Source: the human T2T-CHM13v2.0 reference genome, Homo sapiens. From it: a stretch of DNA of 64,000 bases. The notes below the pieces were generated by a model. That model was not told the origin of the DNA. It did no database searches and saw nothing but the letters and a program-made list of their open reading frames with translations. Below, one piece after another: positions 13,568 to 26,819 of this stretch. The DNA is taken from NCBI RefSeq assembly GCF_009914755.1, contig NC_060937.1; one strand, given 5' to 3'. The position numbers and the translations under genes were made by a program. How positions within the stretch are numbered: position 1 is the first letter of the stretch; each line of letters opens with the position of its first letter.

Positions 13568-14204
13568 TTTCTTTCTCTTTTTTTTTTTTTTTTTTTTTTT
13601 GAGACAGGGTCTCACTCTGTCACCCAGGCAGTGGCCCAATCATAGCCTACTGCAGCCTTGATCTCCAGGACTCAAGTGATCCTCCTGCATAGCTGGGACT
13701 ACAGGTGTGCATGACCACTCCTGGCTAATTTTTTGAAAATTTTTCAGTAGAGACGTGGTCTCACCATGTTGTCCAGGGTGGTTTTGAACTCCTGGGCTCA
13801 AGCAGTCCTCCCACTTCAGCCTCCTAAAGTGCTGGGATTACAGGGGTGTATTAGTCCATTTTCACGCTACTGATAAGGACATACCCAAGACTTGGCAATT
13901 TCCAAAAGAAGATTATTGGACTCACAGTTCCACGTGGCTCACAATCATGGTGGAAGGTGAAAGGCATGTTTACCTGGTGGCAGACAAGAGAAGAGAGAGA
14001 ACTCATGCAGGGGAACTCCTCTTTATAAAATGATCAGATCTCGTGAGACTTAATCATCATCACGAGAACAGCATGGGAAAGACTTCCCCACATGATTCAA
14101 TTATCTCCCACCTGGTCCCTCCCACAACACATAGGGTTTCAAGATGGTATTTGGGTGGGGATACAGCCACACCATATCAAGGGGTAAGCTGCCATGCCTG
14201 GCCC
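13568..14204 (-). mobile_element. AluJ interrupted by a THE1 LTR
   Basis: The Alu body runs to gggattacagggg and resumes taagctgccatgcctggccc after the LTR. Confidence 0.9.
13847..14179 (-). mobile_element. THE1 (B/C-like) MaLR solo LTR
   Basis: tgtattagtcc...ccatatca with 5-bp TSD AGGGG. Confidence 0.92.
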
Positions 14205-14410
14205 TATCTTACCTTTTTTTTTTTTTTTTTTAAACTCTCTGTAAGGGATAAAATATATTGGAGTTGGCTTTATGGGAGAGGATTTTAGATTTGACAGACT
14301 AGTGGAATGTGTACAGAAGGGTCTAGGGAAAGTTTGTGGCAACAGTATCCAAAAGTGAATCCTTGCAGTAAGAAAGCTGGAGAAACATTGAGGAGAAGAT
14401 GTGCAAATGT

Positions 14411-14768
14411 GTGGTTAGTCATTGTCAGTCAGGGCTGCTATAACAGAGTATATAGGGTGCATGGCTTCAGCAACAGACACTTATTTCTCATAGTTCTGGA
14501 AGCTGGGAAGCCCAAGATTAAGGCACCAGAAGATCTGGAAGTGAGGGACCACTTCCTGGTTCATAGCTGGCACTCTCCATGCGTCCTCACATAGCAGAAA
14601 AGGGCTAGAGAGCTGTCTAGGGTCTCTTCTAAGGGCACAAATTTCATAGATGAGGTCTCCATTCTCATGATCTAAATTACCTCCAAAGGCCCTACCTCCT
14701 AATACTGTCACATTGAGGGTTAGGATTTTGGCATATGAATGTTGGGGAGATACATTCAGTGCATTGCA
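14411..14768 (-). mobile_element. MLT1A-like MaLR LTR
   Basis: ggctgctataaca...atttctcatagttctggaagctgggaag...tacattcagtgcattgca. Confidence 0.85.
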
Positions 14769-15527
14769 TCCATCCTGTCAGGAAGTGAGGGGATACACTA
14801 TGGATTCTCCCTGCATGAAGGGTATTATCCCTGTCCTGGATTTATTTTTTGTGACTGTTTCCAGGATTTGTTTCTATAAAGTGACCACTGATTGTGTGAG
14901 GAGTCTAAAACTTGACTGTATTAGTGTCAGTTTTGTCAGAAATATTAGGCTGTCATGTCAGATCAGAGTCTTGGGTGACTGGAATACAGGATGGGTAAGT
15001 TTTGAAGGAAAAAACAGGACAGTTCTGGAGCACAAAGTACAATGTGGCCACCAGAGGGTAGTATTTATTCAACAAGGATTTCTTGAACTTCATACTTTAC
15101 CACTGAGATTCTTGGGGAAAAAGGACAGACTGAAGGGAGCTTTGTACTGACTTTATACTTGTCTTCCTCTCCATTTTTCTCTACTTGGTTAACTCCAATA
15201 AAATACATTTTTTTTCACTCAAACTTTTTTTTTCCAAGCAGAGTTACTCTATAGCATTGAATGTGTACCTGTATATAGCACTTGTTATGTATTTTATTTG
15301 CTTTTTTATTGAAATATTTTATTCAAAGGAACAGAAAATTAATGGCTTTTACAATGTGACTGAAATATTAATTCTACTGTCTCCCACTAAAGATTTAAGA
15401 ATTACTTTTATAACAAAGTAATTAAAGTGTTTGTAAAGACACCATCAGCTGAGATAGACTCTCTTGGTACTTATGATTAATCCATTATGAACAGCAATCT
15501 TAAAAATAAAATGCAAGAATAAGTACC

Positions 15528-15891
15528 TGATATTGTTTTGCTGTGTCCCTACCCAAATCTCATCTTGAATTGTAGCTCCCATAATCCCCACGTGTTGTAG
15601 GAGGGACCTGGTGGGAGGTAATTGAATCATGGGGGTGGTTCTTTCCCATGCCATTCTTGTGATAGTGAATAAGTCTCACGAGATCTGATGGTTTTATAAA
15701 GGGGAGTTCCCCTGCATATGTTCTCTTGCCTGCCGCCACGTAAGATGTGCCCTTCTCCTCCTTTGCCTTCCACCATGATTGTGAGGCCTCCGCAGCCATG
15801 TGGAACTGTGAGTCCATTAAGCCTGTTTTTCTTTATACATTACCCAGTCTTGGGTATGTTTTTATTAGCAGCATGAGAGCAGAGTAACACA
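15528..15891 (+). mobile_element. THE1D-like MaLR solo LTR
   Basis: tgatattgttttgctgtgtccctacccaaatctc...taacaca with TSD GTACC. Confidence 0.92.
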
Positions 15892-16213
15892 GTACCTTTA
15901 AACCAAGTCAAGGTGTAAGAAGCTCAATGGCTATGCTGAACCCACATGATAAAAATGAAAATGGATTTCATACTGTAGGTCTATATAATTGTTAAAAATC
16001 CTGCCATTTCCCCCATATGTATGCTTAGAATTCTTGTGCGAATAACAGAAAGCTCCATTTCATTCACTTCACTGGGATAAACTCCTTAGAAAAAGGTTGA
16101 AAAGATTTGATAATTAGCTCCCGTATCTATGCTTATTCTTTCAACTTCTGTCGGTTTTCTGACACATTTAACACAAGCAGGAACATCTTTTCCTAAGCCC
16201 TTGGAGCCTATCA

Positions 16214-16321
<108 letters not shown>

Positions 16322-17127
16322 TCATGAATTTGCAGCCTCCTTTTTGGCTTTCGCAAAGTTGTAGCAGGCAGCAGCTTTGACATTTTTGACACCAAGCTAC
16401 TTGCTAAAGTCTTCAATATTCTTCATATTCCGTCTCTCCACACACTGTTCTGTGCTTTTCTCTCAAAGGCCTGACTTACTCATTTTTTTTTCTTTTTTCT
16501 ATTTCTTCAAACCCATCACTGATGCCAAAATTGAATAAGCTCCTTCCATTGGGCTTTATTTAATGATCATTCCCTATGAGCTGCCTCTTTATTCTTTAAT
16601 TTATCTTTTTGAGTATTTTCTTCTCCCCGCTCAGTCTTGAGGTTTTATGTTTGGAATGTTTTTAATGCAATTCTTGAAATTTATTCTACATATTTAAGGA
16701 AATTTCAGAAGTGTACTCTGTATATGCATTGACATTTACCTCTCTTTCATTTTTCTGGCCCATTTGGAAAGAAACCTGAGGTTTGTTTTTCTAATTATCT
16801 GATCTTTATCTTCCTCTAAGAGTTCATCTTCAGAATTCATTACATCACTTCATTTAGGTCAGGAATAAGCAGCTCACTCCACATCATTTATTTAATTTCA
16901 CGTCTCTAAGAGGATGGCTTTAGAAAAGTGCTCTTCTGCCTGGCCACACAACCAGAAGTCAGTAGGCTCTGGGACTGAGTTTTAACTCCAATCCCATTGT
17001 GGGTTGAATTCCCCACTGGACATAGGATTAAATGCTCATGTCCTGGGTAGGATTTCCAGGAACTATAGCTATTTTCCAAGATACAGCATTTCATGAACAT
17101 ACTCAATTTTTCCAGTGTAGAGCATAC

Positions 17128-17667
17128 TGTGATGGTTAATATTGAGTGTCAACTTGATGGATTGAAGGATGCAAAGTATTGTGTTGGGCGTGTCTGTGAG
17201 GGTGGTGCCAAAGGAGATTAACATTTGAGTCAGTGGGCTGGGAGAGACAGACCCACCCTCAATCTGGGTGGGCACCATCTAATAAGCTGCTGGCACAGCT
17301 AGAATAAAGCAGGCAAAAGACGGTGGAAAGAGCAGACTTGCTAAGCCTTCTGGCCTTCATCTTTCTCCTGTGCCAGATGCTTCCTGCCCTCAAACATCAC
17401 ACTCCAGGTTCTTCAGGTTTTGGACTCTTGGACCTACACCAGCGGTTTGCCATGGCTCTCGGGCCTTCAGCCACAGACTGGAGATTGCACTGTCAGCTTC
17501 TCTAACTTTTGAGGTTTTGGGACACGGACTGGCTTCCTTGCTTCTCAGCTTTTAGAGGGCTTATTGTGGGACTTGACCTTGTGATCCTGTGAGTCAATAC
17601 TCCTTATTAAACCATATATACATGTCTCCTGTGAGTTCTGTTCCTCTAGAGAACCCTGACTAATACA
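17128..17667 (+). mobile_element. MLT2A (HERV-L) solo LTR
   Basis: tgtgatggttaatattgagtgtcaac...ctagagaaccctgactaataca. Confidence 0.92.
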
Positions 17668-17750
17668 CTTATTCCTCTCACTTTGGCTGTGGAAAGAGAA
17701 CCGAAGAGAACCCTTTCCGACTAAAGAGCCAGGAAGGTGCTGAGCCCTCC

Positions 17751-17919
17751 TTTTTTTTTTTTTCTTAAACAGTTCTACTTATTTTTATTTTTATTTTACT
17801 TTTAGAGATGGGGGTCTTACTATGTTGTCCAGACCAGTCTCCACCTCCTGGCCTCAAGCGATCTTTTCATCTTAGCCTCCTTAGTAGCTGGGATTACAGG
17901 CTGTGGCCTCCACACAGCC
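17751..17919 (-). mobile_element. FLAM-type Alu monomer
   Basis: Monomeric Alu with T-rich tail. TSD-like tgagccctcct / tgagccacct. Confidence 0.8.
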
Positions 17920-18225
17920 TGAGCCACCTTCTCCTCAGAAAAGACCAAACCAGAGTGATCTCTGGATGATCACAGTGATCTTTTTCCTCAAAGGTGGTCC
18001 AGGCTGGGGGGTCTTCTCTGCTTTGATCTGCCTACACTAGGCTTTCCGGGAGGCCTGCCCAAAATGTCACCAGGACCCCACGCTCTTATTTGGTGTTTTG
18101 TCCTATATTTGAGAGCTCCTCCAGGGCATGCTGTGATAAATATATATATTTGTATCTGTCTGAGTACTAGGTTTGGCACCAATGTATTTGAATAAATAAA
18201 GTACTTGATTGACAAATGTTAATTA

Positions 18226-18441
18226 CAGCATTTGGCAAATTTTTCCTGCAAGGGACAAGATAGTATATCTGTTAGGCATTATGGCCAATGGGTCTCTGGT
18301 AAGACTACTCAACTCTCTCTCTCTACTGTAGTAAGAACTCCCCTTGTAAGTGATTGAAAGCTTATATTCCAGTAAAACTTTACTTATAAAAACAAGTGAT
18401 AGGCCAAGTTTGGCCCACAGGCTCTAGTTTGGTCACCCTTA
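18226..18441. mobile_element. MER58A (hAT-Charlie)
   Basis: ttggcaaatttttcctgcaaggg...actactcaactct...ttccagtaaaactttac...tttggcccacagg. Confidence 0.75.
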
Positions 18442-20072
18442 GTTTAAGGTGTGGTTTTCAATAAAATTGGAAATGGGTTTGTCAGTTCGTTTGTCTTCCA
18501 CATTACTTTTAGCATAGTACTGAGGAAATGTGCACAGATACTTGCTGAAAGGATGAACAATAGTTTCCACTGCCTGAATAATAATTGCCACTACTTTTTC
18601 TGATAATGTTGCAAGGAAATTTTCAGAGAATGTGTAAGGGATTACCTATAAATTGTCTTTACACATAAAATTTTTATACATATTTATAATATATATGTAG
18701 ATATGTATATGTATTCATACATATTTTATTCATACATATTTTACATGCAGTTAAAACTGGAGATTTAATTTTAGTAAATGAGAAGTTTTGTTAAGTCCAA
18801 TTGGAGTGTACTCTTTAAACAAAACTAGAAGATTTCTGTAAGCCAAACTGACTGAGAAAAGTGTTTTTCACAAAGCTTTAAAAAAATTAGTTTTGCTTCA
18901 GGTAAGGTGAATATAATGAAACCATCTCACTGTTTATAGACCAATGACCTAATATTTGCAGTATTATTCATGCCATCAATCTTTTGGGTGTGTTGAGTAG
19001 AGGATGTTTGTTCAGTTTAGTTTAAAAAATGCAGACTGCTTTATCATAAGAAAAGATGCAGGATTTGTATGGTCTTGGCCTGACTTAACAGTAAACAACC
19101 TGGTGTCACAGTAAACAACTTGGCCAACTCACGTCAGCCTCAGTCATTGCCTGGGATGGGGGAGTTTTCATCATCAGCCTGAACACTCAGGCTCCCTGTC
19201 CAGTTCCCATGCTTCCTCCTGGGCCTTTTCACTCTGGCCTCTGGAGCAGTTGTTCTATGATGAACACTCCAGTGTTGATCTCTTTCTTCGGGCTTTGAAA
19301 CCCAGTCCTCTCTTTCTCCTATAGCCTTCCCCAGTGGAGTCTGATGTTTCCTCTGTACCCTACATACTACAGGGCTGAGAAAAGGGGCTACTTCCAGACA
19401 ATTAGCCTGAAGTGTTCACATGGAAATATCTATGCTTAATCTCCTTTGGTTAAACTATCCAACATCCCTCCTCCTCATTAGGATACTGACCCCCCATTCA
19501 CCCCTCTTTACTCAGTGAAGACTGCGCCCAGCTGCCTCCTCCCCACCCTAACCCTGCCATCCTGCTGGGTGAACACAGTGCAGACCTGGAGGGCCTGCTG
19601 AGTTCTCTAACTTCCCAATTCCATGACCTCCATTTCTACTCCAACCACTTTCTTTGATGTCTTAGTACTGGATTTAGTAATTTCCTGGGGAGGCTTCACC
19701 TTTGCATTATTAAATCCCAATATCTTACCTTGCAGCTTCAACTATACCTGTTTTATCAAAACCTCTTGACTTTCTGCCTCCTCCTGCATTATGTAGTCTG
19801 CACAAGCTGATACTAAGCCACTTTTGTGACAGTATTTTCAAACTTGCTCTATTGTCCTCTTATTACATCTACCCAGGAAAACCTAACTGTTACCATTTTG
19901 CTCAAGTATTCTTGATCTGTACTAGCTCCAGACTACCCAGGCCCTAGTTCTGCAGATTGGGTCACAAGCCAACAGACACCAGCTAGTTTCAGGGTCGTTA
20001 GTTCATTCAGTGTCTATTATTTAAGAGATTTTTACACATAACCCATAGGAGTGCTACGATTCCTTAAATATG

Positions 20073-20318
20073 TTTCTTTTCCTTTTTTTTTTTTTCTTTC
20101 CAGAGACAGAGTCTTGCTCTGGAGTGCAGTGGCATGATCATAACTTACTGCAGCCTTGAACTTCTGGACTCAAGGGATCCTCCCATCTCAGCCTCCCGAG
20201 TATCTGGCACCACAGGCGCACACCACCATGCCTGGCTCATCTTTTTAATTTTTTTGTACGTAGGGTCTTTCTGTGTTGCCCAGCCTGGACTTACAAGTAT
20301 GAGCCACTGCACTCGGCC
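20073..20318 (-). mobile_element. AluJ with internal deletions
   Basis: gatcataacttactgcagccttgaac; the left arm is shortened. Confidence 0.88.
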
Positions 20319-21704
20319 ATTTTTTTCCTAATTACTTTAGGATCCTGCATGCATGCTTGCTACTACTCATATTCCTTTGGGATTGTCTAGTCAAGTTTTA
20401 GCTCTTTTAGTTTGGAGCTTCACTTCATACCAGTTATCGAATGGCTGTGCCTTCTCAGTCAATGTCTTCCTGAAGTGTAACCTTTCTCTAGGAGATTTAA
20501 CTTATTTCCTCAAGGCTTTTTATAGAAGGAGATAATACTGGTGCCCTTCAGTCTTCTTCTTTTGACTTTGGAGGGTAAAAGAAGGCTTTTAGGCAAATGT
20601 GAAGCAGTGCGGAAGCATCCTGTTTGGCTTAGACAAGCTAGAGTTTACAGGGCACTCTGCATACTCCTGTGAAAAGGAGTCTGCTATTTTGAGATTAAGA
20701 CTATATTACAGAAGCTGTAACTTTGCTCAGTTCCTCAGTGTCAGGAAGTGGCATATACAGATCTCACTTAATCACTGAAGCTATAATTTTGGGTCAAGTG
20801 TATGGGTAGCTGTATTATCTGGCCTTTTTTTGGTAATACAGTTAATACAATGGCCTGGAATATCAGCTTAGAGTTCAAAGAAGCAAGACTAGTATGCATG
20901 ATATAATCCATCATCCTTCTTATTCATGAAAGTGCTTATTAAACAACCACATTTTGATAAATGTATAAATACAGATGAGTAAATAACAAAGGCAATTTTA
21001 AGTCTTTTTGTGTAGCACTGACATTTGTTCTATTATTAGCCTGTTTCTGGAATATGGGCTTCATTGTGCAGCCATTAAGGAATTCATCAAAATTTCATAT
21101 CAGCTGTGTGGATCTCCCCTGTCTGTGGCTGCCACCTGGCTCTGCTTCAGGCTGGGGTGATAATTATTTCATGTGGCACTGGGAGCCCTCCTCCCTACCG
21201 TCACTGAATCTGTTCTCCTTTTCCTCCGGCTTTTCTGTCTTCTGACTCCATGCTCTGTTCCAGGACATAGGGTAATTATCATTATTCTCTGTTGTGGAGG
21301 AAAATATTAGTTAATGCTGGGTTTCAGACTTCTCCTCTCCTGTCAAGGCATTTGTTAGGTCTTTCCTTTCCTGCCAAAGGCTCAGAGTGTTTTCCCCCAG
21401 CGTAGGTGCCATCTGTCTGCTCAGGGACTCTTGTTTCTGCATGTGGCCGAGGAGCATGGGTGGCCTGGCTGAGAGGCAGTGAGGCTGGTTTTCTTTCTCA
21501 CCCTCTCCTCCTCTTTGTGACTGCCTTCTGTGGTTGTTGGGCAGCTCCCCCATCTTGCTGTCTCTCATTGTACCTAAAGTCAACATCTTTTTCCTGATTT
21601 GTGCTCTTTAGTCTCTGAACCTTAGTTAAAACTTCTCTGTATGCCTTGAGCAGTAGTCTGTCTTTTCTTTTAATCATTTTGCTTTTAGGGGACCTTAAAA
21701 TAAA

Positions 21705-22650
21705 AAAAAAAACTATTTACGAATACTTACTGTCATGCATGTCATACAGTGGGAGAATACAGAAAAAGATGTGTAAAATCTTTATGGAGTTTCCTGACCT
21801 CAATAAAGTTTCAATCTAGGACGGAAGAGAAGATGAGCAGATGATGATGCCATAAGGCAGAATGGTGTAACTACTGACTTAGTCTTAGAAAATCCGTGTC
21901 ACAGAAGTTATGGGGGAGAAAGACTCCCTTTGGGACAGTCATGTTTGGGGCTGACAGGGGAAAGACGTAATTGGAATTGTTAAGATGGAGAAATGAAGGC
22001 TCTGGGTTCTTTTGTCTAGGTAAAACCAAGGATTCAGGTGTGAGAATGAAGGGGCGAAGGGGCTCGAAGGTAGGTAGGAAGGCCTCACTCTGCAGGCAGA
22101 ATGGATCTCTGGAAGGTTTTGAGCAGTGTTTGTTTTTGTGAGGAAGACTGTTTTGATTTTTAAGGAAGAATACAGGCAGGCATTGAAGTGTTAGGGTAGT
22201 AGAGGAGATTAAGGCAGAACAATCCATAGGAGAATGTTGAGTGTCACATCTGCCAGAGAAGCCTAGAACCAGAGTGGAGAGAATTACATGGATTTGGAGG
22301 GACAGAGAAGGTTCATTCTGATGTTGAGTCTGGGACGTTGGGAGAATGTCGGTATCATGGTTTCAACAGAGAAGTGAGATGTGGTAGCTGAGTCTTGGGT
22401 GAGAGGGGAGGTCTGTTTACATGCTGGGAATGAGTTAAGATAAGGGCACTCCAGGGCAAATGCTCACCTGGGAGCAGGAAATGTGAGGAGTGGAGAACCA
22501 GAGGACTAACTTGAGGACTAGGGCTTGGAGTTTGTCCTTGAACGAACAAAGTTTGAAACGTTAGAGGAAGAGCACCTAGCCGGTGAGCTCAGGGAGAATC
22601 GAAGGAGGGAGTGGCTGGCAAGTCAACCTTCACAGTTTCGAGGGTGAAGC
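21705..22650 (-). mobile_element. L2 fragment
   Basis: Degenerate purine-rich L2 3' region (tatttacgaatacttactg...ggaaggttttgagcag). Boundaries approximate. Confidence 0.6.
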
Positions 22651-23052
22651 AATCATCCTTGAGGAGCCTCCGGATTAACCCGGGCCCTCCTGCCTCCCAC
22701 ACACTCCGACACACCCCATGGCTCCTGTGTGAATCTTTCTCAGTTTTGCCTCAACATTCAGGCAAGGATCTTCAATTTGTTATGTTCATTTGTCCACCCA
22801 TATTAACTCCCTTCTGAGCTGTACTTGTAGGCTAGAAGGCAGAATCCATGTATAACCTATACTCATAAGCCTCAGAGAACCCAGCTTCATGAGCTTCTTG
22901 GTTGTACCTTCTTGGAGAAGAGAAAGACTTGAGGGTGTTGAGAGGAATCTTAGATGTCTCACTGAATCAAGGTGATTTATATATGTTTGGCTTCTGAACA
23001 TTTTCTGTGTCAGGATTTTTTCTCCCAAAATGCACACCATTCCATTTTGGAA

Positions 23053-23331
23053 TTTATTTTTATTTTGAGACGGAGTCTCGCTCTGTCGCCCAGGCTGGAG
23101 TGCACTCACTGCAACCTCCGCCTCCCGGGTTCAAGCGATTCTCCTGTCTCAGCCTCCTGAGTAGCTGGGACTACTGGCACATGCCACCACACCCAGCTAA
23201 TTTTTGTATTTTTAATAGAGACGGGGTTTCACCGTGTTGGCTCGGATGGTCTTGATTTCTTGACCTCGTGATCTGCCCGCCTTGGCCTCTCAAAGTGTTG
23301 GGATTACAGGCGTGAGCTACCACGCCTGGCC
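23053..23331 (-). mobile_element. AluS (Sc/Sg-like)
   Basis: Full dimer with a small deletion after ggagtgca. Flanked by tggaat. Confidence 0.93.
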
Positions 23332-23667
23332 TGGAATGTTTTTAACCCTAGAAAGTTGTTTCATGTTGTGGGCCCCAAAGCTACAACTAACCAGATTGTG
23401 TACTTTAATGTGCAAATTTTGCCATGAAAAGTCTCAATCTATTTTAATGCTTCAAAACCAGTTTTGTAGAAACACATCAGAAGCTCTCGTGTATTTAATA
23501 AAGCTGACAGACTAGTGGTGTTATATAAAAATCTTCTTCATTTTCACCAACTATTACTTGATGATGTGTTTTAAACTTTGAAATGAGCTGTTTTTGTTGT
23601 ATGTTTTATGTACCTAGATCTAGCCATTAAAAATAGGGGAAAACTGGTCCCAAGGCTGTTTAGACTG

Positions 23668-23702
23668 CTGCAGTACTCAGAATGTGCCAGCAGGTGGCAG
23701 CA
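23668..23702 (+). promoter_or_regulatory. Predicted CTCF site (core plus upstream module)
   Basis: CTGCAGTACT-cagaat-GTGCCAGCAGGTGGCAGCA in unique DNA. Confidence 0.72.
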
Positions 23703-23761
23703 GAGAACAGAAACTGATTTCATGCCTGATTTCCTTACATTTCCAGTAAAGAACCGAAGCT

Positions 23762-24145
<384 letters not shown>

Positions 24146-24471
24146 TCATAAGAACCTTAGATACCCATTCAAAAATCAAGCACCTGTTTATAGAATTGGG
24201 ACTTAGTAGTAGGTCTCTCAGGTTCTTTCCACTCAAAGTTTTTCAGAGACCATTCTTAGTAAAACCCAGTTAAGGGCCTTCTGGGAGAGGCAGACTTCCA
24301 GGTGTCAATCCAGGCCATTTGAATCAGGATTCCTTAGAGGAAGGCTTGGGACCATTATTTGCCCCAAGCTTCCCAAGTGGTTCTTCTACACACTGAACCC
24401 TGAGTTAACAGGTGAGTCCTGTCCACAGGGCAGGCGTTATGCTGGGTCTTGAGGATACAAACAAAAAAGCC

Positions 24472-24755
24472 CATGTATTCCCAAGCTCCCATGCCTGCAG
24501 GGGCCAGACAGGTAGACTTGGGGTGGACTGAGCCGAGGGGAGGTGTGGGGACTGCCACTCTCCTGAGAGTGGGTTTTCTCCAGAGCAGCCAGTTGTGGCT
24601 ATGAGGTAACGCACGTCGAACGTTGCCAGACTGTTTCTTTTTTAAAGGAAGCTGGTGATCCACATTTTTGATCTTTCCCAATGTCGACATACCTTATGGG
24701 CCAAACAACACATGTGCACGGGTTGGAACTAGCCTGTGGGCTGTGATATCTTCTT
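24472..24755. mobile_element. MER102-like hAT relic
   Basis: atgcctgcaggggccagacaggta...gggccaaacaacacatg...gcctgtgggctg. Confidence 0.55.
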
Positions 24756-24938
24756 TAGGAGCTTAGATCAGTAAGGGAGCCATGAATGCCAATACATATT
24801 CAGATTGGCATGAGGAGAAGGTGGAAGCAGAGAGAGCTAGCCACACTCTGGAAGGAGGTCGGGTGACTTCCTGAAGGCACGTTCTCAAGGCCAAGAAAAT
24901 TTTTTTTGAAAAACAAACTCATGTATTTGTACGGGTGG

Positions 24939-25307
24939 TGTATTAGTCCATTCTCATGCTGCTAATAAACACACATCTGAGACTGGGTAATTTATAAAGG
25001 AAAGAGGTTTAATGGACTCAGTTCTACATGGCTGGGGAGGCCTCACAATCATGGTGGAAGATGAAGGATGAGCAAAGGGATGTCTTACATGATGGCAGGC
25101 AAGAGAGAATGAGAGCCAAACAAAAGAGGAAACCCCTTATAAAACCATCAGATCTCATGAGACTTATTCACTATCACAAGAACAGTATAGGGGAAACTGC
25201 CCCCATGATTCAATTATCTCCCACTGGGTCCCTCCCACAACAAGTGGGAATTATGGGAGCTACAATTCACAATGAGATTTGGGTGGGGACACAGCCAAAC
25301 CATATCA
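24939..25307 (-). mobile_element. THE1C-like MaLR solo LTR
   Basis: tgtattagtcc...aaaccatatca with TSD ggtgg / ggcag. Confidence 0.92.
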
Positions 25308-25969
25308 GGCAGTGTCTTCCTTTTCTTTGTTATCTTGAAAGGGAACATGTGTATTGATCTTTTATATTTCTCAATATACCAGAAAGTATTTTAAGATACT
25401 ATTCTTCATGCTTCAACTTTTATAACCTTTAATCAAATGATTCCAATAAGTGGAAATAAAATTACTACTTGATCAACGGGAAACTAATAATTAGATGCAT
25501 TGTAGAGCTGTCAGTGTATCTACTTTTGAGATAAATAAGCTGGAAACTTTGTTGAGATCGCTTAAGGCCCTAGAAAGAATCTAGGAAAAACTGTTTCTGC
25601 AAGTTGTTTGAGGAAAGCTGATTTCTCCACAATTCTGCCATTGGGAATGTAATTAACTCTCAACAGGGAGTTGGAGAATTCTACAAACCCATTTAATGTG
25701 GCCCTCTTTGTGATATCTTTCGTGTGTTTTCAGCTTTGAGACCATACAATTAAAGTGAATTATGGAAAAAGACAATAAATGTACCTGAGAAAACCTTGTC
25801 CTGTGGAATTATTTATATATAATGCAAAGATGACACACTTAAGATAGATGCAAATATATGAAAGGAGGAAATATCAGAATTTCATATTAAAATATTTCTG
25901 GATATAAAGTAGCTGGGGTAGAAATTCCACTTTGCAAATTAAGACCTATTCTTGTGAAAAAAATATAAA

Positions 25970-26275
25970 TACATATATGTAATATAATATACTTATATAT
26001 TTTTAAGAGATAGGGTCTAGCTGTGTTGCTCAGGCTAGAGTGCAGTGGCAGGATCATAGCTTACTGCAGTCTTGAACCTCCTGGATTCAAGGAATCCTCC
26101 TGAGTAGTTGGGACTACAGACATGTGCCCCCTCACCTGGTTAATTTTTTAATTTTTTGTAGAGATGGCTTCTCACTATGTTGCTCAGGCTGATCTGGAAC
26201 TCCTGGCTTCAAGTGATCCTTCTACTTGGCCTCCCAAAGTGCTGGAATTACAGATGTGAGACATTTCATCTGGCC
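25970..26275 (-). mobile_element. AluJ
   Basis: ggatcatagcttactgcagtcttgaacc; degenerate AT-rich tail. Confidence 0.9.
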
Positions 26276-26819
26276 AAAATATATTTAAGTTTTTTTTTTT
26301 TTTTTCGGGGAGGGGTAGGCATTTAGAGTACAGGAATCATTTAAATAGCTTAACTTCTGTTGAACTTCTTTTGTATATGGGGCATGAGATGGTGCGAAAG
26401 GTCTTTGTAACTATCTTTTAAAAAGTTACCTTTATTGAGTTTGAACAAAATGCACAAATGTCTCAGTGTACAGTTCAAATAAATTTTTTAAAAAAACATT
26501 TATTGAGATATAATTCACATACTATACAATTCACTCTTTTAAAGTATATAATTCAGTGGCTTTTAATATATTCACAGAATTGCCGAGCCATCACCACATC
26601 TAATTTCAAAACATTTTCACCAAAGAAAACATGTATTCATTAGCAGTCACTCTCCATTCTCTCTCTCCCCTAGCCCCTGACAACCATTAATCTGCTTTTT
26701 GTTCCTAGGATTACCTTATTCTGGACATTTCACGTAAATAGAATAATACCATATTTGGTCTTTTTTTACCTTAACCCTAATGTTTTCAAGATTTATTTAT
26801 GTGATGGCATGTATTAGTA

